NCBI GenBank assembly: GCA_964016885.1 | Contig: OZ024742.1 | Location: 299,708,001-299,772,000, forward strand | DNA length: 64,000 nt | Source of the DNA: Eledone cirrhosa | Taxonomy: Eukaryota | Reading direction: 5' to 3' | The notes under the pieces: model-generated | The model's input: the letters and a program-made list of their open reading frames with translations, nothing else | Told to the model about the DNA's origin: nothing | The model's database searches: none | Translations under genes and position numbers: made by a program | Shown: positions 56,856 to 64,000 of the stretch, piece after piece | How the letters are laid out: each line of letters starts with the position of its first letter | How positions within the stretch are numbered: position 1 is the first letter of the stretch

Positions 56856-57363
56856 CTCCGAATGGAACAGTTCTAGTCCTGTAGAAGCCATTTCTATATT
56901 AAATATGTATACTCTGCTATGTCTTGAGTACCTTACTTACCGTGGTTACCCCCGATTGAATCCGGGATAAACTTATGTATATATATTAACATTTTGTACT
57001 GCCTCTTCGCTTCCACGTTGTTGTTGTTTTTGTTTACTGTTTCCACTATAAAATATATATATATATCTATATTACAATTGCCGTTGATGTACAGTTGTGA
57101 TTGCAGCTTCAGTTACATTTGATGCATTAGAAACACCTACAGCCCAGATAAATAAACTGTTTCTTTGTTATTTCTTGACATTGTCATCTCTACGAGGTTT
57201 AAACGTCTATGTTGTTAGTTCGCAGTTTTTCTTTTCTAAATCGAATGAGTCGCTACTCTAAAAGAAAACATTTACTTCGTGCATCGTTGAGTGAAAATAG
57301 GGTCATCTCAGATAATTCGACTCGTGTTACTTTATTGTTGGTACGACTGCGATAAATTCCTTA

Positions 57364-57485
<122 letters not shown>

Positions 57486-58002
57486 ATTTCTGATTTAGGC
57501 ATATGGCTAACAATTTTGGGGCAAAGCTAACCTCGGCGGGCTTTGAACTCAAAACGTAATTGCCTTTTCATTTCCTGTATCGGATGTGACATTTCTATTT
57601 GATGCTCAACAAAGCAGAAAAGATGTTGGCTAAAGTTTGGGCCACATATTGCTGTCCATAATTGTGTTCAATATTAGCCGATGCAGTACATATTAAACAT
57701 AACATAGCGTCTCCCAACAACTCCAGGATATATTGCATAGCACCAAGTTTCTAAGTCATGCCGTATGCATCTAGCATTAGATGCATTGTAGTATTGACTA
57801 CATGCTGTTATTTAGATCTACATTTTTACTATTGGTTTACATTTAACTATATATCGGTCTTTCGTTTCTGAATTTGTTTAGCAAGATTCTTTATATCCAT
57901 TAAATATTTGCATCCATCAGATGCATTTCCGATCAACATAAGATTTGTTTTATGTACTGTTTCATTATCATTATATTTATACTCAAATATGCATCATATA
58001 TG

Positions 58003-58041
<39 letters not shown>

Positions 58042-58117
58042 CTCTCTCTGTATATATATATAAATATATGTGTGTGTGTGCATATACATATATATATATA
58101 CATATAAATACATATAT

Positions 58118-58226
<109 letters not shown>

Positions 58227-58411
58227 TATATAAAAATAATGTATTGAGCTTTTAAGGAACAACGAAATCGAGATGTTTTTATTTCGATACACTTTTGCTT
58301 GCCTATATATATATATAAGTGTGTGTGTGTGTGTGTGTTTGTGTGTGTGTAAATATATATGTTTTTATATGTATATATATATATGTATATGTGTGAATAC
58401 ATATGCATATA

Positions 58412-58451
<40 letters not shown>

Positions 58452-59839
58452 GTACATATATGTGTGTATGTTAATGTCTGTGTGTCCCAGCTGACAAAAC
58501 TTTATCAACTATTATCGATCTATTTCTTCCCCCTGAAGTGATGTATACACTTAGCCATTACCCTTCGGCAATGCTCAATATTCAATCAATAGAAATAATT
58601 AAGGGATTTGTTTAAAGTCAACATGAAAGAGAAAAATCTATCATGTATCTATCTCTTGCCAGCTTCCTATATAATTAAACGATAATATTCTTTAATTCAT
58701 TGCATTGTCTTAATAACAAATGTACATCTTTTCTCAAACTGTTTTACTGATAAATGGAACTCCGTCTGTTTCGACGATGTGTGTTCCATTGTTGGATCAA
58801 CGGAACATCCTGCTAGTGAAATTATGTGACTGAGATTTCCACAGACACGTGTTTGTTTAATGTAATTCTCAGTGAGATACAGTACGACCCAGGGTATGAC
58901 AAGGTTGAAGCTTGGAAATACAGCAGATCTGCCAACCTCTAAAAACCCAAACGGGGACTACCATGGAACAAAGTGGCCCCAAAACGGGGAGAAATGGGGC
59001 AAAATGGGGAGATTTTACATAATGAAAGCTATATCCATTTTCACAAGAGAAGACCTATGTTACCCACCACAAAGTTGGTGAGAGATCTCCCCGTCCGTGA
59101 TCCAACTAGAGGGTATAGTAGCTGATATTTGCCCAAGACGCTACTCAGTGGTATCAATCTCTGGATCTAATAATTGTCAAGCAAACTTCTTCACCGTTCA
59201 TTCATTCTGCGTCCACAAAAGATAAATTATCAAACGTTAATACACCAATATCTCAACTGGATTCATCATCTTATTAAACTTACTTTTACTGAATACAAAT
59301 TAACAAAAACATTGTTGGCTCCGTACATATCTTATTCGCTTTCATTATCCATCTCTGGACCCTGTTGTCTTGTTGTCCTGGTAGTGGCGTGTGAAACCCC
59401 TTGTGATATATAACGTGTCCTGTGCCAGTAAGAGAAATAGAGTGAGAAAGAGAGAGAAGGATATTGAAGAAAAATCCACTCAAGTACTGAAATGGTACTT
59501 GAAAGGATGTACTGCAAAGTTGGTCTCGGCAGGTTCTGAACGCAGTGACGAATGCCGCAGAGCATTTATCCGATTTTCGCATATATATATATATATATAC
59601 ATCCTTTCAAGTACCATTTCAGTACTTGAGTGAATTTTTCTTCAATATCCTTCTCTCTCTTTCTCTCCTATTTCTGTTACTGGCACAGAGATTGGCTTTG
59701 CTAGGCATAAATGCACAGGACATGTTATATATCATGATATATGATGATTTCTCCCGAATGAAACAGTTCTAGGCCTTTTCTGTATTAAATATGTATACTC
59801 TGCTTTGTATTGAGTACCGGGATTGAACGCGGGATAAAG

Positions 59840-59925
<86 letters not shown>

Positions 59926-60088
59926 CTATGGAGATATAAAAGATACAGAAGCGAAAACCAAACCAAATAGTGAGTGTGTTCTGTTATTATTTCTGGCAAT
60001 ATTATAACAATATTACTCTCCCCAAGTATAACAATATATATATATTTATATATGACGTTTATCTATTTTCTTTTTTTTTTCTTTTGGT

Positions 60089-60354
60089 AACGTTTATCTA
60101 TTTTTTTCTTCAAACTTACATTTTAGACTTAGCTCCGTTTAAATGATTATTTGTGTAGTTAATTTCTACGGACTAAGAGGAAAGATTATGTAAATTTTAT
60201 CTGACTGTTCTTCATAAAGGGGAATCGATAACATTTATCTGTTATTTCTTCAAAGTTACATATTAAATTTAGCTCCGTTTAAATGATTATTTATCTAGTT
60301 AATTTCTACGGACTAAGAAGAAAAAATTGGATAAGTTTTGTTTGACTATTCTTC
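60089..60354. repeat. ~141-bp tandem duplication
   Basis: ttagctccgtttaaatgattattt..agttaatttctacggactaaga occurs twice. Confidence 0.8.
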
Positions 60355-60673
60355 AAACTTATAATTTTTTATATATATATATATACAGAAGGAGATTTTA
60401 AAAAAGAGAAACACAGAGATACAAAACAATTAATCTTATTAGGTTGACGCTTGGATGAAAAATTGAAAAAAGTTCAACGATTCAGGCTTTCGGCCTTCGA
60501 TTCAGACTTCGATTTAGGCCTTCGTCAAGAGATACATATTAAAGATAGAAAAAACATTTTTAAAAAACACATCGTTAAATCAACATGCTACTTAAGTGGA
60601 CAAGCTAGATTTGAAATGAAAGAAAGTCAGTTAGAGTCGTATATCTTTCTATTTTTCTTTTATCTCTCATTCT

Positions 60674-60712
60674 ATCTTCTGATGAAGGACTAATGCCCGA
60701 AATATTAAAACA
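60674..60712 (+). ncRNA. Minimal or degenerate hammerhead-like motif (another at ~60480-60535 on -)
   Basis: CTGATGA-agg-actaatg-ccc-GAAA-tat-TA; weak stems. Confidence 0.35.
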
Positions 60713-60887
60713 CTTTTCCTAATATATCAAGCGTTAAACTAATATATGTCTTCATAGTACTGTATCGTTTCCCTGTGATTTTTATATGTGTATTTTTCAC
60801 AAACATACATATATATATATATATATAAAAATACATATACATATATATATATATATATAAATACATACACATATACATATATATATT

Positions 60888-60937
<50 letters not shown>

Positions 60938-61251
60938 CATACATACATGTATATGTGCACATGTATATATATATATTTCGTTTCTGAAACCAACCAACCA
61001 ACCAGAAATTTATAAATTCTTAAATTCTTAAATTTATAAATTTAATTTATAATAAATTGGAGTGAAATCACTGGTGCGTGTGTTTCTTATTGGCAACATG
61101 ACCCTCCCAAAGTATAACAATATATATATATATATATACTTGTATATATGTATATGTATATATATTTCAGAAGATCCCGTTAAGGATGAAAGCAGCGATT
61201 CTTTTCTTAAATTTTGATCTGTTATTTTAATAAATAAATAAATATATATAT

Positions 61252-61390
61252 ATCTATCTAAGGCGGGTAAAATTCCCGAGATCCATGGACGAGTACTCTC
61301 CAGCGGTCTCTGTCCCTCGTTATCGCTGCCATATCCTGCATCTCCAACAGACCAGTGTCTGTCCTTAGGGCATCAACATATGTTAACCTT
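61252..61390 (-). mobile_element. LINE (RTE-like) extreme 3' fragment
   Basis: LTYVDALRTDTGL..MAAITRDRDRWR..* followed by a simple-repeat tail. Confidence 0.65.
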
Positions 61391-62686
61391 GAGAATGTTG
61401 AGGATATATATATATATATATACATTTCAAAGGAAATAACCAAAGGGTTTGGTTGAAAACATTTATTTCTGCTACCACCATTTTACCCCACGGATTACAT
61501 CCTGGATGTTGTCCCTTGCAGGAGTTGACCTGAATAAAACATCGAGCTTTAATGCACATGTGGATTTTTCCACTTTTCATTATTCTCTTTTATATATATA
61601 TTTATATATATATATATTTCAAAGCCAATACTACACTATATACGTAAATTGATACACATGTGTTATCATATTTCTACATACTTATCTTTCTATATTCTTG
61701 GTTTATGTATACTGCTTTTGTCACAATTATTATTTCAATGGTTTATTTCTAAATATGTTCCACTTTCTATAATTCTGTCATTTTCAAAATATATTTCAAA
61801 CTGGAATTGGAATTGGGAATTCGTTTTCATCTCTCCGCTTTTCTTTTTTTTTCCGATCTTTTCCCTGCCAATAATTTTCCCATTTCTAATAGCGCTACAG
61901 GAAACATTTTTATTTCATTCATACTGCGCTACTTTTGACCAAATAGTTTCTATATTTCCCTTGAGTAATGAATAAGTCTTTTATATTGAAATGAAAAAAT
62001 GCCCGATGAGTCTCTTTGAACTATTGTAAACTTTTGTTCATTTCCGTAGTGCAATCTAATGTTCAGATATGACAGTTCTATGAAAGAGTTTTTTATGTGG
62101 ATTTTGGCATATAATTACTTGCAAATCATTCATTAAATATCGTACTATATATTAAAGAGACGTGTTGTAGAAATATCCATATGTCCTTTGAATGCTAGGA
62201 GAATCTAAAATGATTACTTTTACAACTGAATCAGATTCAAGATTAAGATCGCATTCACATGGAAATATAAAACTTTTCCTTATTTCTAAAAGACTTATTC
62301 CAATAGAATTATCCACTACCTACATAGTTTAGATATAGAACTCTCATCAAAAGGAGGTTTAAAATCTCGGTTAAATTTTTTGAGCTTTCAAAGTAGTATT
62401 TTGCCGAGAGAAATGAAATAGTTCTTTTACATCTCCCGGCTTATTATTGCTGATATTTTTGTTATTATTTTTTAGCTCCCGTATAGTCCCCATTGAAGTT
62501 GCATTCAAAGGTGTTACAATAATGACATCCAGCTATTTTCTTTAAAATAAAATGTATTGTTTAAATACATTCGATAACTGCCTTACTCAATATACCCTTG
62601 TTTCTTTTAATACTTCAGAACAGGATTTGAGAGAATTTGATAGTTATTTTTAACAGACTAAAGTCTAAAGTCTGTCTTAAGATAGA

Positions 62687-62906
62687 TTTCTTTATTTACC
62701 ATAAAGGCATAAAAAGAAGGGACAAATACAAAGGGGGAGTTTACATATAATCGAGTAAAAAGGGTGTAACATGAAAATAATCGAAAATAACCTCAAAAGG
62801 GAGGGGACGTGATGGGGGTTGCACACACCCCCGAAAAAGTGTGCAATCCTTTGCCCGGGGAGCACATGGAGAAGGTGTTCCCCTCTCCTTTACTTCTTTA
62901 CCTACA
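62687..62906 (-). mobile_element. Tx1-like LINE 3' UTR-only insertion with 20-bp TSD
   Basis: Homologous to 5101-5370; aaagtctgtcttaagataga at 62667-62686 and 62907-62926. Confidence 0.85.
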
Positions 62907-63852
62907 AAAGTCTGTCTTAAGATAGAAGGCTCGTTAGGCTTATACCGGTTTCATGGTGTGAAGCAACTGAGAGTACAGTGCATCGTAGGGTTAAACCCCC
63001 AGCTATTACTGGTACTCATTTTCAGTTGTGTATACTGGAGCAACGTGAAATGAAGTGTTTTTTCTCAAGAACACGACACACAACCCAGCCTAGGAATCGA
63101 ACCCACGGATTATGATCATAAATCCAACACCCTTGCCACTAAGCCACGCGCCTCCAAATTTTTAACAGACAATGTGGTAAATTGGCTGGGTCTTAGAGCA
63201 TCGATTTAAATGGCTTGGTATTTGTTCCAGTTCACTCGCTTTGAGTTCACCGAGGTCAGCATTGCCTTTCATCCTTTTTGCTGGATCGATAAAGTATTAG
63301 TCAAGGGCAGTAGATTAGCGGAACTGTTAAAGAATTGGACAAAATGATTTGCGATATATCTTCTGGCTCTCTGCATTCCAAGTTCAAATCCCACTTCGTT
63401 CTTTTTTCATTTCCTTTATTTTTTTTCTAAATATTCTCCTTCGCTCGTCTCATTTTATATTATATTCTACACGAGTTTCAGCTTCCTCTGAGAATCTCCA
63501 TAGTAACGAAAGGTTACTTCTGACTTCAGATAATATTTTCTTATATCCATGATGATTCTTCACATATTTTGTTGTTGTACATATCTAGCAAGTAACTTGT
63601 CACCATAAAGCAATAATCTCGCGGAAAAATCATTTTAGCCATTCAAAACGTCTTGAGAACTGCACTTTATATTTATAGTTTTTTTTTTCTTGGTATCAAG
63701 GTTTTAGTAGCTCTATTTTCGAGTGGAATTTGACACTAGGAAATAATTGATAAATGTAAAGTTAATAGATCTTGTGAGTTTTTCAATAGCTAAAATGATT
63801 CTTCGACGCTGAAATTCTTTTTCATGTATAATATAAACATAATATTACATTT

Positions 63853-63883
<31 letters not shown>

Positions 63884-63928
63884 GTGACGAAACAGAAGTC
63901 AATTGCATGAACTCATAATCCTTTATTT

Positions 63929-63984
63929 ACTGCTATATATATTTCGATGATAGCCATTGAATGGCTATGACCTCATCAGGCAGT
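63929..63984 (-). ncRNA. Type I hammerhead ribozyme
   Basis: actgc-CTGATGA-ggtcatagccat-tca-atggctatcatc-GAAA-t-atat-a-TA-gcagt. Confidence 0.85.
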
Positions 63985-64000
63985 TAGTCAGTCCTTAGAT

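Overview
AT-rich, microsatellite-saturated animal DNA with no convincing host gene; the SINE and microsatellite make-up suggests a cephalopod (Octopus-like), which is inference. Almost all listed ORFs are (TA)n/(TACA)n/(GA)n artefacts. The real coding content is mobile. It comprises a near-intact CR1-like LINE (44.0-49.3 kb), an R4/Dong-like RLE LINE plus a truncated second copy, Tx1-like and RTE fragments, a hATm-like transposase relic, and an endogenous parvovirus/densovirus NS1 helicase fragment fused to an RTE fragment. Highlights: (1) About ten intact-core type I hammerhead ribozymes, plus several degenerate ones, from several non-coding families, all embedded in (TA)n. Their inverted, tandem and circularly permuted layouts suggest Penelope pLTRs or retrozymes. 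(2) A 260-bp array carrying a tRNA-like cloverleaf on an extended stem. (3) The RTE-parvovirus chimera. (4) A candidate -1 frameshift joining LINE ORF1 and ORF2. (5) Each retroelement family sits in its own microsatellite type. All structures were read by eye; no searches were run.
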